From Escherichia coli (GTDB lineage: Bacteria; Pseudomonadota; Gammaproteobacteria; Enterobacterales; Enterobacteriaceae): a stretch of DNA of 64,000 bases. Position 1 is the first letter of the stretch, and each line of letters starts with the position of its first letter. The DNA is taken from the NCBI RefSeq assembly GCF_024502345.1, contig NZ_JALDNN010000001.1. One strand, 5' to 3'. The notes beneath the pieces were generated by a model. It saw only the letters and a program-made list of their open reading frames with translations, did no database searches and was not told where the DNA came from. Shown piece by piece: positions 30,080 through 42,176 of the stretch. The translations under genes were made by a program, and so were the position numbers.

Positions 30080-31318
30080 TCAGTCAGGCTTTGGGCAACG
30101 TTGTTCCTTCCAACTGGCTACCGCCGCAATCCGCCGTCGGGTCAGCTCCTCGCGAATCTCCACACCTTTAAATCCCGCTTCAACGACCGCTTTTGTCGGC
30201 ACTGACTGCGCCACTTCCCAGGCTTCGCGCAACCAACGGCCTTGCGGGTAGTCCGCTGATTCAAAACCGGTTCTGCCGCGTACGTCAGCCTCGCTGGTCA
30301 GCGCCAGTTGCTCGACACGCTGCGGTTTACGCCAGGCATCGATGGAATCAAATAATTTGACGATGGTTTTTGGGTTCAGCATTGGGAAGGTGTGGATGAG
30401 ATCGTGAAACTCAGCCACCAGTCTGGCTAAATCGCGAATTTCATTTGGCACGCGCAGACGCTGGCATAGTTGTTCCACTAACTTAACACCCGCCGGGCCA
30501 TGCCCATGATGACGCGGCCAAAGTTCTGGCGGCGTCAGTCCTTTACCGAGATCGTGGCATAAAGTTGCGAAACGGACATCAACCTGCGGACTCAGCATCG
30601 CCGCCATTGAGAGCGTCATGAAGGTATGAATACCCGTGTCGATTTCCGGATGCCACCTGGCAGGGGCCGGAACGCCAAACAGGGCGTCAATTTCCGGGAA
30701 TAAAACGCGAAGTGCACCGCAATCGCGCAGTACCTGGAAGAACACCTGGGGATTGCGGGTGGTGAGGGCGCTTTCCGTCTCTTTCCATACCCGTTCAGGC
30801 GTCAGGTGTTCCAGTTCACCCGCATGGGTCATCTCGCGCATCAGCGTCAGAGTTTCATCGGCAATACGAAAACCGAGGTGGGCATAACGCGCAGCAAAAC
30901 GCGCCACGCGCAGAACGCGTAACGGATCTTCGCCAAAAGCGGGGGAAACATGGCGCAACAGACGATTTTGCAGATCGCCCAGACCGTTGTACGGGTCGAT
31001 AATCTCGCCGTTATCGTCCTGGGCCAGCGCATTAATGGTCAGATCGCGACGCTTAAGATCATCTTCCAGCGTGACATCCGGTGCGGCATAGCAAGTAAAA
31101 CCGGTGTAACCGGAACCGGATTTCCGTTCGGTACGTGCCAGCGCATACTCTTCATGCGTTTGCGGATGTAGAAACACAGGAAAATCGCGGCCTACCTGCT
31201 GGTAGCCCGCGTCGAGCATCTCCTGTGGCGTACTGCCGACCACCACCCAATCTCTGTCTTTGACCGGTAGCCCTAACAATGCATCCCGAACAGCACCACC
31301 GACCAGATAAATCTTCAC
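30080..31318 (-). CDS. cca: tRNA CCA-adding enzyme
   Basis: 412 aa; GTG start at 31318..31316 checked. Confidence 0.96.
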   Translation of the reverse strand: MKIYLVGGAVRDALLGLPVKDRDWVVVGSTPQEMLDAGYQQVGRDFPVFLHPQTHEEYALARTERKSGSGYTGFTCYAAPDVTLEDDLKRRDLTINALAQDDNGEIIDPYNGLGDLQNRLLRHVSPAFGEDPLRVLRVARFAARYAHLGFRIADETLTLMREMTHAGELEHLTPERVWKETESALTTRNPQVFFQVLRDCGALRVLFPEIDALFGVPAPARWHPEIDTGIHTFMTLSMAAMLSPQVDVRFATLCHDLGKGLTPPELWPRHHGHGPAGVKLVEQLCQRLRVPNEIRDLARLVAEFHDLIHTFPMLNPKTIVKLFDSIDAWRKPQRVEQLALTSEADVRGRTGFESADYPQGRWLREAWEVAQSVPTKAVVEAGFKGVEIREELTRRRIAAVASWKEQRCPKPD

Positions 31319-31381
31319 GCCATCATCCCTTCGTCAAATACACAATTCCTAATAATAAGACAGTGCAACGAAGAAGGCGAT

Positions 31382-32002
31382 TTAGTTCATCCAGCGATCT
31401 TTGCGTTTGCGGCTTGGGATCAGGTGCGGCAGTACCAGACCGAGCAGCAAGCCAAGCCCCAGCACGCCGCCGCCATACATAAACCATTGCATGATGATGG
31501 TGCGCTGTTTGTCATCCAGCTGCACGCTGGCGGCATCGACCTTTTTCTGCGCGACAATCAGCTCGTTTTTCAGTTTCTGATTTTCTTCTTTTAACCCGTT
31601 GATCACGCTGTCGCTCTGCGCTACTTTTTGCTGCATTTCTGCGGTGCGCTGATTCCAGGTGTTATCGATATTGGTGAGTTTATCGGTCAGGGTTTTGACC
31701 TGATTTTCCAGATCTGGCACACGGGAGCGCAGGCTTGGTTCAGTGCTAAGTTGTTTCAACGGGATCCAGGCGGTACGGCCAGAGCTGTCTTTCACCTGGG
31801 CATAATTGGTGTTGGCGTCAGTTTGTAATAAGGTCACTTCCTCGCCGGCGTTAACCGTGCCCACGAGGCGATAATGATCTCCCGGACCGCTACGGACCCA
31901 GGTATTCAGTTCGTCAGAAACATAGCGCGTTTCTTCAGCGTGTGAGACGGCAGTCGCGCTAAGTGCGAGTAAAGTTAATCCGATCAGGCGTAATTTTGGC
32001 AT
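31382..32002 (-). CDS. ygiM: SH3-domain protein YgiM
   Basis: 206 aa, signal peptide, C-terminal TM. Confidence 0.9.
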   Translation of the reverse strand: MPKLRLIGLTLLALSATAVSHAEETRYVSDELNTWVRSGPGDHYRLVGTVNAGEEVTLLQTDANTNYAQVKDSSGRTAWIPLKQLSTEPSLRSRVPDLENQVKTLTDKLTNIDNTWNQRTAEMQQKVAQSDSVINGLKEENQKLKNELIVAQKKVDAASVQLDDKQRTIIMQWFMYGGGVLGLGLLLGLVLPHLIPSRKRKDRWMN

Positions 32003-32243
32003 CAGGCTGTCGTTATTGTCATGGAAAGTGGAACGATAGTAGTGGCATCAGTGTCGCTACGCAAAGCATTCGACATCAATCGGAATCCTCTGTGTCAGGT
32101 CTTGCCACTGCTTCAAACTTTTACGCCCGTCAAATTGCCCGTTGCATGGCAATTTGGCGCAAAATACTATCTACTGACAAAAAAGATCGCATTAAGTTCG
32201 CCGTTCATCGTCACTTATGTGACATAACCGATAAGTAAAGGCC

Positions 32244-33545
32244 ATGGCTCAGGAAATCGAATTAAAGTTTATTGTTAATCACAGTGCCGTTGAGGCGTTG
32301 CGTGACCATCTCAATACGCTGGGCGGCGAGCACCATGACCCCGTGCAGTTGCTGAATATTTACTACGAAACGCCGGATAACTGGCTGCGTGGGCACGATA
32401 TGGGCTTACGTATTCGTGGCGAAAACGGTCGCTATGAGATGACCATGAAAGTTGCAGGAAGAGTGACAGGCGGCTTACACCAGCGCCCGGAATATAACGT
32501 GGCGTTGAGCGAACCGACGCTCGACCTGGCGCAGTTTCCCTCGGAAGTCTGGCCGAACGGCGAATTGCCTGCCGATCTCGCTTCCCGCGTACAACCGCTG
32601 TTCTGCACCGATTTTTATCGCGAAAAATGGCTGGTGGCGGTCGATGGCAGCCGAATTGAAATCGCTCTCGATCAGGGTGAGGTGAAAGCGGGGGAATTTG
32701 CTGAACCTATCTGTGAGCTGGAACTGGAGCTGCTTAGCGGCGACACGCGCGCGGTGCTGAAACTGGCGAACCAACTGGTATCGCAAATCGGATTACGCCA
32801 GGGCAGCCTGAGCAAAGCGGCGCGTGGCTATCATCTGGCGCAGGGCAATCCGGCGCGTGAAATCAAACCGACCACCATTTTGCATGTTGCGGCAAAAGCC
32901 GATGTGGAACAGGGGCTGGAAGCGGCGCTCGAGCTGGCGTTAGCGCAATGGCAGTATCATGAAGAACTGTGGGTACGCGGCAACGATGCGGCGAAAGAAC
33001 AGGTGCTGGCAGCCATTAGCCTGGTCCGTCATACGCTGATGCTGTTCGGTGGTATTGTGCCGCGTAAAGCGAGCACTCACTTACGTGATCTGCTGACTCA
33101 ATGCGAGGCGACCATTGCTTCTGCGGTTTCTGCCGTGACGGCGGTCTACTCTACCGAAACGGCAATGGCGAAGCTGGCGTTGACCGAATGGTTGGTAAGC
33201 AAAGCATGGCAGCCATTTTTAGATGCCAAAGCGCAGGGCAAAATCAGCGACTCCTTCAAACGCTTTGCCGATATCCATCTTTCCCGCCATGCCGCTGAAC
33301 TGAAAAGCGTTTTCTGCCAGCCGTTAGGCGATCGCTACCGTGACCAGTTGCCACGCCTGACGCGTGATATTGACTCAATACTGTTGCTGGCGGGTTACTA
33401 TGATCCTGTCGTCGCGCAAGCCTGGCTGGAGAACTGGCAGGGGCTGCATCACGCTATTGCGACCGGGCAACGCATCGAAATTGAACATTTCCGTAATGAG
33501 GCAAACAATCAGGAACCGTTCTGGTTGCACAGCGGAAAACGTTAA
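32244..33545 (+). CDS. ygiF: inorganic triphosphatase YgiF (CYTH domain)
   Basis: 433 aa. Confidence 0.93.
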   Translation: MAQEIELKFIVNHSAVEALRDHLNTLGGEHHDPVQLLNIYYETPDNWLRGHDMGLRIRGENGRYEMTMKVAGRVTGGLHQRPEYNVALSEPTLDLAQFPSEVWPNGELPADLASRVQPLFCTDFYREKWLVAVDGSRIEIALDQGEVKAGEFAEPICELELELLSGDTRAVLKLANQLVSQIGLRQGSLSKAARGYHLAQGNPAREIKPTTILHVAAKADVEQGLEAALELALAQWQYHEELWVRGNDAAKEQVLAAISLVRHTLMLFGGIVPRKASTHLRDLLTQCEATIASAVSAVTAVYSTETAMAKLALTEWLVSKAWQPFLDAKAQGKISDSFKRFADIHLSRHAAELKSVFCQPLGDRYRDQLPRLTRDIDSILLLAGYYDPVVAQAWLENWQGLHHAIATGQRIEIEHFRNEANNQEPFWLHSGKR

Positions 33546-33567
33546 TCAGGCAAGGATAAAATCGCTT

Positions 33568-36408
33568 ATGAAGCCGCTCTCTTCACCGTTACAGCAGTAC
33601 TGGCAGACCGTTGTTGAGCGGCTGCCAGAGCCTTTAGCCGAGGAATCACTTAGCGCGCAGGCGAAGTCAGTACTTACTTTCAGTGACTTTGTGCAGGACA
33701 GCGTGATTGCGCATCCAGAGTGGCTGACGGAACTGGAAAGCCAACCGCCGCAGGCCGACGAATGGCAGCATTACGTTGCATGGTTGCAGGAGGCGCTCAG
33801 TAATGTGAGTGACGAAGCCGGGTTAATGCGCGAGCTGCGGCTGTTCCGGCGGCGCATTATGGTACGTATCGCCTGGGCGCAAACGCTGGCACTGGTTACT
33901 GAAGAGAGCATATTGCAGCAGCTCAGCTATCTGGCGGAGACACTGATTGTTGCGGCGCGTGACTGGCTATATGACGCCTGCTGCCGCGAGTGGGGAACGC
34001 CGTGCAATGCGCAGGGCGAAGCGCAACCGCTGCTGATTTTAGGCATGGGTAAGCTGGGCGGCGGGGAACTGAATTTCTCCTCAGATATCGATCTGATTTT
34101 TGCCTGGCCGGAACATGGTTGTACGCAGGGTGGACGCCGGGAACTGGATAATGCGCAGTTTTTTACCCGCATGGGGCAGCGGCTGATTAAAGTGCTGGAT
34201 CAACCAACGCAGGATGGCTTTGTCTATCGCGTGGATATGCGACTGCGTCCGTTTGGCGAAAGTGGCCCGCTGGTGCTGAGCTTTGCCGCGTTGGAAGATT
34301 ATTACCAGGAGCAGGGGCGCGACTGGGAGCGTTACGCGATGGTCAAGGCGCGGATTATGGGCGATAGCGAAGGCGTCTATGCTAACGAGTTGCGTGCGAT
34401 GCTGCGCCCGTTTGTTTTCCGTCGTTACATCGATTTCAGCGTGATTCAGTCGCTGCGCAACATGAAAGGGATGATTGCCCGTGAAGTGCGTCGACGTGGT
34501 TTGACCGACAATATCAAACTCGGCGCAGGCGGCATTCGCGAAATTGAATTTATCGTTCAGGTGTTCCAGCTCATTCGCGGTGGGCGCGAACCGTCGCTGC
34601 AGTCGCGCTCTTTACTGCCAACGCTCAGCGTCATTGCCGCGCTGCATCTGCTTTCTGAAAACGATGCTGAACAATTGCGAGTGGCGTATCTGTTCCTGCG
34701 GCGTCTGGAAAACCTGCTGCAAAGCATTAACGACGAACAAACCCAGACGCTTCCTTCTGATGAGCTTAACCGTGCGCGGCTGGCGTGGGCGATGGACTTT
34801 GCTGACTGGCCGCAACTGACCGGGGCGCTGACCGCACATATGACCAATGTGCGCCGGGTGTTTAATGAATTGATTGGCGACGACGAAAGTGAAACTCAGG
34901 AAGAGTCGCTGTCGGAACAGTGGCGTGAGCTGTGGCAGGATGCGTTGCAGGAAGATGACACTACGCCAGTGCTGGCGCATCTTAGCGAGGACGATCGCAA
35001 ACAGGTACTAACGCTGATTGCCGATTTCCGCAAAGAGCTGGATAAGCGCACCATCGGGCCGCGAGGACGTCAGGTGCTCGACCATCTGATGCCGCATCTG
35101 CTAAGTGATGTCTGTGCGCGTGAAGACGCTGCCGTTACGCTGTCGCGCATTACCGCCTTGCTGGTGGGGATTGTTACCCGCACCACCTATTTAGAATTGC
35201 TCAGTGAATTCCCCGCGGCGCTTAAACATTTGATTTCTCTGTGTGCCGCGTCGCCGATGATTGCCAGCCAGCTGGCGCGTTATCCATTATTGCTGGATGA
35301 ATTGCTCGATCCAAACACCCTTTACCAGCCGACGGCGACCGATGCCTACCGCGATGAGTTGCGCCAGTATTTGCTGCGCGTGCCGGAAGATGACGAAGAG
35401 CAACAGCTTGAGGCGCTGCGTCAGTTCAAACAGGCGCAGCTGTTACGCATCGCCGCAGCGGATATCGCCGGTACGCTACCGGTGATGAAAGTGAGCGATC
35501 ACTTAACCTGGCTGGCGGAAGCCATGATAGATGCCGTCGTTCAGCAGGCGTGGGTTCAAATGGTTGCCCGCTACGGTAAGCCGAATCACCTGAACGAACG
35601 CGAAGGGCGTGGTTTTGCAGTGGTCGGCTACGGCAAGCTGGGCGGCTGGGAGTTAGGCTACAGTTCCGATCTTGACCTGATCTTCCTCCATGATTGCCCA
35701 ATGGATGCGATGACTGACGGCGAGCGGGAAATCGACGGGCGGCAGTTTTATCTGCGTCTGGCGCAACGCATTATGCATCTGTTCAGTACGCGTACCTCTT
35801 CCGGCATTTTGTATGAAGTGGATGCTCGACTGCGTCCGTCCGGGGCGGCGGGAATGCTGGTGACATCCGCAGAAGCATTTGCCGATTATCAGAAAAACGA
35901 GGCCTGGACGTGGGAACATCAGGCGCTGGTGCGTGCGCGTGTAGTGTACGGCGATCCGCAGCTCACCGCGCACTTTGACGCGGTGCGTCGTGAGATTATG
36001 GCGCTGCCGCGCGAAGGCAAAACCCTGCAAACAGAAGTGCGGGAAATGCGCGAGAAAATGCGCGCTCATCTCGGCAATAAACATCGCGATCGCTTTGATA
36101 TCAAAGCCGATGAAGGCGGAATTACCGATATCGAATTTATTACCCAATATCTGGTGTTGCGCTACGCTCATGAAAAACCGAAGTTAACGCGCTGGTCAGA
36201 CAACGTGCGCATTCTGGAACTGCTGGCACAAAACGACATTATGGAAGAGCAGGAAGCGATGGCGCTGACCCGTGCTTACACGACGCTTCGCGATGAACTT
36301 CATCATCTGGCATTACAGGAATTGCCGGGCCATGTGTCGGAGGATTGCTTCACCGCAGAGCGTGAACTGGTGCGGGCAAGCTGGCAGAAGTGGCTGGTGG
36401 AAGAATGA
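33568..36408 (+). CDS. glnE: glutamine synthetase adenylyltransferase GlnE
   Basis: track ORF 33364.. trimmed to ATG 33568 ([12 protein letters not shown]), 946 aa. Confidence 0.96.
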   Translation: MKPLSSPLQQYWQTVVERLPEPLAEESLSAQAKSVLTFSDFVQDSVIAHPEWLTELESQPPQADEWQHYVAWLQEALSNVSDEAGLMRELRLFRRRIMVRIAWAQTLALVTEESILQQLSYLAETLIVAARDWLYDACCREWGTPCNAQGEAQPLLILGMGKLGGGELNFSSDIDLIFAWPEHGCTQGGRRELDNAQFFTRMGQRLIKVLDQPTQDGFVYRVDMRLRPFGESGPLVLSFAALEDYYQEQGRDWERYAMVKARIMGDSEGVYANELRAMLRPFVFRRYIDFSVIQSLRNMKGMIAREVRRRGLTDNIKLGAGGIREIEFIVQVFQLIRGGREPSLQSRSLLPTLSVIAALHLLSENDAEQLRVAYLFLRRLENLLQSINDEQTQTLPSDELNRARLAWAMDFADWPQLTGALTAHMTNVRRVFNELIGDDESETQEESLSEQWRELWQDALQEDDTTPVLAHLSEDDRKQVLTLIADFRKELDKRTIGPRGRQVLDHLMPHLLSDVCAREDAAVTLSRITALLVGIVTRTTYLELLSEFPAALKHLISLCAASPMIASQLARYPLLLDELLDPNTLYQPTATDAYRDELRQYLLRVPEDDEEQQLEALRQFKQAQLLRIAAADIAGTLPVMKVSDHLTWLAEAMIDAVVQQAWVQMVARYGKPNHLNEREGRGFAVVGYGKLGGWELGYSSDLDLIFLHDCPMDAMTDGEREIDGRQFYLRLAQRIMHLFSTRTSSGILYEVDARLRPSGAAGMLVTSAEAFADYQKNEAWTWEHQALVRARVVYGDPQLTAHFDAVRREIMALPREGKTLQTEVREMREKMRAHLGNKHRDRFDIKADEGGITDIEFITQYLVLRYAHEKPKLTRWSDNVRILELLAQNDIMEEQEAMALTRAYTTLRDELHHLALQELPGHVSEDCFTAERELVRASWQKWLVEE

Positions 36409-36455
36409 AGTATGGTATTATCGCGCGCAAATTTTGAATCTCTCAGGAGACAGGA

Positions 36456-37889
36456 ATGAAAGTAACGCTGCCAGAGTTTGAACGTGCAGGAGTGATGGTG
36501 GTTGGTGATGTGATGCTGGATCGTTACTGGTACGGCCCCACCAGTCGTATCTCGCCGGAAGCGCCGGTGCCCGTGGTTAAAGTGAATACCATCGAAGAAC
36601 GTCCGGGCGGCGCGGCTAACGTGGCGATGAATATCGCTTCTCTCGGTGCTAATGCACGCCTGGTCGGGTTGACGGGCATTGACGATGCAGCGCGCGCGCT
36701 GAGTAAATCTCTGGCCGACGTCAACGTCAAATGCGACTTCGTTTCTGTACCGACGCATCCTACCATTACCAAATTACGGGTACTTTCCCGCAACCAACAG
36801 CTGATCCGTCTGGATTTTGAAGAAGGTTTCGAAGGTGTTGATCCGCAGCCGCTGCACGAGCGGATTAATCAGGCGCTGAGTTCGATTGGCGCGCTGGTGC
36901 TTTCTGACTACGCCAAAGGTGCGCTGGCAAGCGTACAGCAGATGATCCAACTGGCGCGTAAAGCGGGCGTTCCGGTGCTGATTGATCCAAAAGGTACCGA
37001 TTTTGAGCGCTACCGCGGCGCTACGCTGTTAACGCCGAATCTCTCGGAATTTGAAGCTGTTGTCGGTAAATGTAAGACCGAAGAAGAGATTGTTGAGCGC
37101 GGCATGAAACTGATTGCCGATTACGAACTCTCGGCTCTGTTAGTGACCCGTTCCGAACAGGGTATGTCGCTGCTGCAACCGGGTAAAGCGCCGCTGCATA
37201 TGCCAACCCAGGCGCAGGAAGTGTATGACGTTACCGGTGCGGGCGACACGGTGATTGGCGTCCTGGCGGCAACGCTGGCAGCGGGTAATTCGCTGGAAGA
37301 AGCCTGCTTCTTTGCCAATGCGGCGGCTGGTGTGGTGGTCGGCAAACTGGGGACGTCCACGGTTTCGCCGATCGAGCTGGAAAACGCTGTACGTGGACGC
37401 GCAGATACCGGCTTTGGCGTGATGACCGAAGAGGAACTGAAGCTGGCCGTAGCGGCAGCGCGTAAACGTGGTGAAAAAGTGGTAATGACCAACGGTGTCT
37501 TCGATATCCTACATGCCGGGCACGTCTCTTATCTGGCAAATGCCCGCAAGCTGGGTGACCGCTTGATTGTTGCCGTCAACAGCGATGCCTCCACCAAACG
37601 GCTGAAAGGGGATTCCCGCCCGGTAAACCCACTCGAACAGCGTATGATTGTGCTGGGCGCACTGGAAGCGGTCGACTGGGTAGTGTCGTTTGAAGAAGAT
37701 ACGCCGCAGCGCCTGATCGCCGGGATCCTGCCAGATCTGCTGGTGAAAGGTGGCGACTATAAACCAGAAGAGATTGCCGGGAGTAAAGAAGTCTGGGCCA
37801 ACGGCGGCGAAGTGCTGGTGCTCAACTTCGAAGACGGTTGCTCGACCACTAACATTATCAAGAAGATCCAACAGGATAAAAAAGGCTAA
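36456..37889 (+). CDS. hldE: bifunctional heptose 7-phosphate kinase/heptose 1-phosphate adenylyltransferase HldE
   Basis: 477 aa. Confidence 0.97.
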
Positions 37890-37969
37890 CCGGAAAGCGG
37901 GTCACAGATCTCGCTTCGTACCTAGCAGGCCTATTGACGCTGTTGCTTTTTCAACCTAGAGTAAAGGAA

Positions 37970-38112
37970 CAAGGGTAAGGGAGGATTTCTCCCCCCTCTG
38001 ATGAGTTGTTAGTAAGTCGGGAAACTTAACAGTAACAACACAACCAGTATGATGACGAGCTTCATCATAACCCTTTCCTTCTATAAGGCCCCTTCCTCGG
38101 GAGGGGCTTTCC
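37970..38112 (+). ncRNA. sibD: SibD antitoxin sRNA (approximate ends)
   Basis: promoter TTGACG-17-TAGAGT at 37934-37962; antisense to ibsD; terminator hairpin ~38088-38112; ends inferred. Confidence 0.7.
38009..38068 (-). CDS. ibsD: type I toxin IbsD (19 aa)
   Basis: reverse strand encodes MMKLVIILVVLLLLSFPTY*; not in the >=60-aa ORF track. Confidence 0.85.
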   Translation of the reverse strand: MMKLVIILVVLLLLSFPTY

Positions 38113-38344
38113 CGTTTCAGCCCCTTGCTGACTCCCCGATTGTTGATGAGCGCCGGACCCCGCGCAACGCTTTCCCTGAAGCAGTTTTGCCTTCCCCGAG
38201 CGGTCACGCAAAACGCTGCAACGTCCTGAGCATTTGCACCTTTTAGCGGAACGCAGATATAAAAAATCCCCGGCTTTTTGGGCCAGGGATATGTGTTAAT
38301 GAAACCTTCTTGACGCTGATTTTTTTTCAACCTAAAGTAAAGGA

Positions 38345-38488
38345 ACAAGGGTAAGGGAGGATTTCTCCCCCCTCTGATTGGCTGTTAATAAGCTGCGAAA
38401 CTTACGAGTAACAACACAATCAGTATGATGACGAGCTTCATCATAACCCTTTCCTTATACAAGGCCCCTTCTTCGGGAGGGGCTTTCC
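38345..38488 (+). ncRNA. sibE: SibE antitoxin sRNA (approximate ends)
   Basis: second copy of the ~375-bp unit; promoter TTGACG-17-TAAAGT at 38310-38338. Confidence 0.7.
38385..38444 (-). CDS. ibsE: type I toxin IbsE (19 aa)
   Basis: reverse strand encodes MMKLVIILIVLLLVSFAAY*. Confidence 0.85.
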   Translation of the reverse strand: MMKLVIILIVLLLVSFAAY

Positions 38489-38682
38489 CGTTTCAGCCCC
38501 TTGCTGACTCCCCGATTGTTGATGAGCGCCGGACCCCGCGCAACGCTTTCCCTGAGGTAGTTTTGCCTTCCCCGAGCGGTCACGCAAAATGCTGCAACAG
38601 CCCGATCATTTGCACTTTTTATCGGAACGCAGATATAAAAAATCCCCGGCTTTTTGGGCCAGGGATGTTCATAGCTGAAAAT

Positions 38683-40344
38683 TTATTCTACGTTTTCGGC
38701 GACGGGAGTTGTTGAGGTTAAGGGTGAAGTCAATGCAGCCAGTGAGCCGCCTGAAACGCCAATTTCATTGAGCAAGGAGTCAATCAGTGGTGCCTGTGTG
38801 CGGTAAGAGAGTGCGGCTGATAATGCTTGTTCCGCCAGGTTTCCGCCCCCCACATTACCCGTGTTTGCATCCCCCGCAGTACCACCACGATTCAGACCAT
38901 CGACCTGAATAATCTTGATACCGTCAATGGACTTCATTGGTTCCACGGATTTCTCTATTACCGCAGGTAGCGCCTGCAACAAGGCCAGTTTGAATTTAAG
39001 GCTGGTTTGTTCGTCAGAAAGTACGTTGATAGCATCGTTCAGCGCACGTTGTGCTTCTGCTTCCGCCAGGCCTTTTTTACGCGTAGCTTCGGCTAACTCA
39101 ACGATCGCCGCCGCCTGCATCTCTGCGGCTTCTTTTTCCGCTTTCGCCCGCACGGTCAGTTCAACCGCTTTGGTTTCTGCATCCTGTGCTGCGGCAATCA
39201 GCGCCACCTGCTTGGCACGATCGGCTTCGGCTGTCTGGCGAGTGGTTTCTACGTTTTGTTGGGCGCTTACTGCTTCTGCGAGTGCAAGGTTAGCACGCGC
39301 TTCTGCCTGGGACTGTTGTTCCGATTTGGCGGCAATAGCGATCGATTTCGTCTGGTTAGCGATTTCGGTGACCTGCTGCTGTTCGATCTCTTTAATGCGA
39401 ACTTCACGTTCAGCTTCAACTTTTCTTGAGCGGACGGCCTGTTCGCGGTCGATTTCTGTTTCCTGAATCTGTCGTTCAGCCAGAATTCGCGTCTGCTCTG
39501 CTTCACGACGACGTTCAGCTTCAAAAGCAGCAATTTTCGCATTTTGTTCAGCGGTACGGGTTTTAACTTGCTGCTCCTGCTCAAGCGTCATAAACGCTTC
39601 TTGTTGTTCAATCTCCAACTTGCGCGAAAGTGCATCACGGTTTTTCTCACGCACCGCAACTTCTACATCCTGTTCAACTTCGTTACGCTCGCGGCGACGG
39701 CGCTCCGTCTCCTGAGTCAGTTTGGTTAAACCTTCGGCGTCAAAGGCATTGTTCGGATTGAAATGTTCTTTCGAGGTCTGGTTAAAGTTGGTAAGTGAAA
39801 CGCTTTCCAGTTCCAGGCCGTTTTTCGACAGATCTTCAGCTACGGTATTTTGTACTCCCTGCACGAAGTTCTCGCGGGTATCCTGTAACTCATGCATGGT
39901 CATTTGCGCAGCTGTTGCACGGAGGGCATCGACAAATTTATCTTCAACCAACATACGTAAGTCTTCAGGCGACAGGGTGCGTTGCCCCAGCGTCTGGGCA
40001 GCGGTGGCAATCCCTTCTACTGAAGGTTTTACCCGCACAAAGAAAGCGACTACTACATCGACGCGCATACGATCTTTCGTAATCAGGCTATCAATGGTTG
40101 AGCGGCTGACTTCCAGCTTCAGAGTATTCATATTGATGGGGATTATTTCATGAAAGATCGGCATCACGATTGCGCCACCGCTCATTACCACTTTTTGCCC
40201 CCCTAAGCCGGTACGGACAAATGCTTGCTCTGCCGAAGCTCGACGATAGAGCCTGGCGAAAATAATTCCAATAATAAACAGAATGCATACGGCAATAATC
40301 GCGGTAAACATCCAGGAGGGCACAGAATTAACAATATCATCCAT
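38683..40344 (-). CDS. yqiK: flotillin-family inner membrane protein YqiK
   Basis: 553 aa, SPFH domain + long coiled coil. Confidence 0.93.
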   Translation of the reverse strand: MDDIVNSVPSWMFTAIIAVCILFIIGIIFARLYRRASAEQAFVRTGLGGQKVVMSGGAIVMPIFHEIIPINMNTLKLEVSRSTIDSLITKDRMRVDVVVAFFVRVKPSVEGIATAAQTLGQRTLSPEDLRMLVEDKFVDALRATAAQMTMHELQDTRENFVQGVQNTVAEDLSKNGLELESVSLTNFNQTSKEHFNPNNAFDAEGLTKLTQETERRRRERNEVEQDVEVAVREKNRDALSRKLEIEQQEAFMTLEQEQQVKTRTAEQNAKIAAFEAERRREAEQTRILAERQIQETEIDREQAVRSRKVEAEREVRIKEIEQQQVTEIANQTKSIAIAAKSEQQSQAEARANLALAEAVSAQQNVETTRQTAEADRAKQVALIAAAQDAETKAVELTVRAKAEKEAAEMQAAAIVELAEATRKKGLAEAEAQRALNDAINVLSDEQTSLKFKLALLQALPAVIEKSVEPMKSIDGIKIIQVDGLNRGGTAGDANTGNVGGGNLAEQALSAALSYRTQAPLIDSLLNEIGVSGGSLAALTSPLTSTTPVAENVE

Positions 40345-40370
40345 TATTAAATTTCCTTTTGATTAATAAA

Positions 40371-41000
40371 TTACAATATTTGGGGCCAGGGATTGTTTTC
40401 CGCCAAATATCGCGTTGCAGAAAGTCGGCAAATAATTAACACTTTGTCTCCTTTAGTGAAAATTTTTCCTTCTTCAGGCTCCAGTAGTAAATAATGTATT
40501 TGGCCAAATTGATCGGTGAGTTTTCCTTCGCAGGGATTACCTGAAGTGGCTTGATGACCGGTAATTAATGCCATGCTACCAATATATTCTTCTTCTGTAA
40601 TAGCTGAACTATGGTCGCGTGGAATCCAGGGCGCAACTATTTTACCGGTATAATGCACCGCAATAATCGTAAACAGTAAACTGACAGGAACCACGAACAG
40701 GTTCGACAGTGGTGATTGCCAGACCATGATGCAGGCATGCTGCAACAGGATGCCAATAAGACCAAAAAAACCAGCCAGCAAGCAGAGAACGACGAGAGCT
40801 GGCAATCTTCCGATATTGAGATAATGAAGTGCCTGGCTAATATGACCTGTGGTTATGGAATCATAATGGTCAAGATGTGCATCAAGAGCACCGGAGAGCA
40901 TGTGACCGCAGATAAGCGCAAAAATTTCTAAAAGGCCGATCAACAGTACAAAGGAAATAGCGAAAAGATAAGGGGTATTATAGTCGGCGAATAAAATCAT
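40371..41000 (-). CDS. yqiJ: inner membrane protein YqiJ
   Basis: 209 aa. Confidence 0.9.
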
Positions 41001-41268
41001 ATGTCACTCCAATGTCCATTTAGTGACGCAATATTCACTTTGGGATAGTTTCCTTGCTTACATTTATCTTTGTTAATAATAACACACGTTAGAGAAGTTC
41101 TGGAAGAGAAAGTCTTTTAATATGGTTTTTTATTTTTCACTAAAAAGTGTGATCGGGGACAATATATTTACGCACGTTATGTTTAAAGGCACTACACTGA
41201 TTGGGGAATACTGAAATCAGAAAAAGCATATGGCCTTAAAAGGTATGCGATAACCGGAGGATGTGCTT

Positions 41269-41469
41269 ATGGATCATAGTCTTAATTCTTTAAATAATTT
41301 CGATTTCCTGGCGCGTAGTTTTGCCAGAATGCACGCAGAAGGTCGCCCGGTCGATATTCTGGCCGTTACTGGTAACATGGATGAAGAACATAGAACCTGG
41401 TTTTGCGCACGTTATGCCTGGTATTGCCAACAGATGATGCAAACCAGAGAACTTGAATTAGAACACTGA
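41269..41469 (+). CDS. glgS: surface composition regulator GlgS
   Basis: ATG at 41269 ([13 protein letters not shown]), 66 aa. Confidence 0.93.
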
Positions 41470-41503
41470 TATTACGGGCCGTCTGGCCCGTTTTTGTGTT
41501 GCT

Positions 41504-41803
41504 TTATTCTGCTTTATCAATAGGCGGGATAGCCGGAGGAGATTGAAGATCTGCTACCGAATTATTGCGCGCCTCCAGTTCACTGATGCGCTGCTCCAGT
41601 AACGCCAGTTTTTCACGAGTCCGTAACAGGACTTGCGTCTGTACGTCGAATTCTTCGCGGCTCACCAGATCGAGACGCGTCAGCTGCGCTTGTAGGGTTT
41701 GGCGGATTTTTTTCTCCACATCTTCCCCGAACTCCCTGATTCCTTTAGGCATTGATTCGTGAACCTGGCGAGCGATTTGCTCAATTTTTTTCGGGTCAAT
41801 CAT
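41504..41803 (-). CDS. ubiK: ubiquinone biosynthesis accessory factor UbiK (YqiC)
   Basis: internal ATG at 41803 with AGGGA RBS; [13 protein letters not shown]... Confidence 0.88.
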   Translation of the reverse strand: MIDPKKIEQIARQVHESMPKGIREFGEDVEKKIRQTLQAQLTRLDLVSREEFDVQTQVLLRTREKLALLEQRISELEARNNSVADLQSPPAIPPIDKAE

Positions 41804-41924
41804 TGTAGTTTCCCTGTACTGATAGGTGTTGAGTGCCATTGTAGTGCGATAAGGGTAAGTCATAAACCAGAATTATGTGAAGCTATGCGTTGCTGCCGCT
41901 AATCATTAGCGTTATAGTGAATCC

Positions 41925-42080
41925 GCTTATTCTCAGGGCGGGGCGAAATTCCCCACCGGCGGTAAATCAACTCAGTTGAAAGCCCGCGAGCGCTTTGGGT
42001 GCGAACTCAAAGGACAGCAGATCCGGTGTAATTCCGGGGCCGACGGTTAGAGTCCGGATGGGAGAGAGTAACGATTCTGT
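41925..42080 (+). promoter_or_regulatory. FMN riboswitch (RFN element) in ribB leader
   Basis: conserved agggcggggcgaaattccccaccggcggta ... ggatgggagagag motifs upstream of ribB. Confidence 0.85.
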
Positions 42081-42176
42081 CGGGCATGGACCCGCTCACG
42101 TTATTTTGGCTATATGCCGCCACTCCTAAGACTGCCCTGATTCTGGTAACCATAATTTTAGTGAGGTTTTTTTACC

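Noticed and set aside
33364-33567. 5' extension of glnE (track start 33364); similar extensions on ttdA (26817), tolC (48567), ygiB (46932), zupT (44135), ubiK (41863), ygiW (56910)
   Set aside because: Internal ATG with RBS reproduces the known N-terminus/signal peptide in each case; the upstream extensions overlap neighbouring genes or lack an RBS.
37956-38715. ORFs 38049..38246(+), 38425..38715(+), 37956..38348(-)
   Set aside because: They lie in the Sib/Ibs repeat units; the plus-strand ones are the sense reading of the Sib antisense RNAs and are duplicated by the tandem repeat; the real coding sequences are the 19-aa ibs ORFs on the minus strand.
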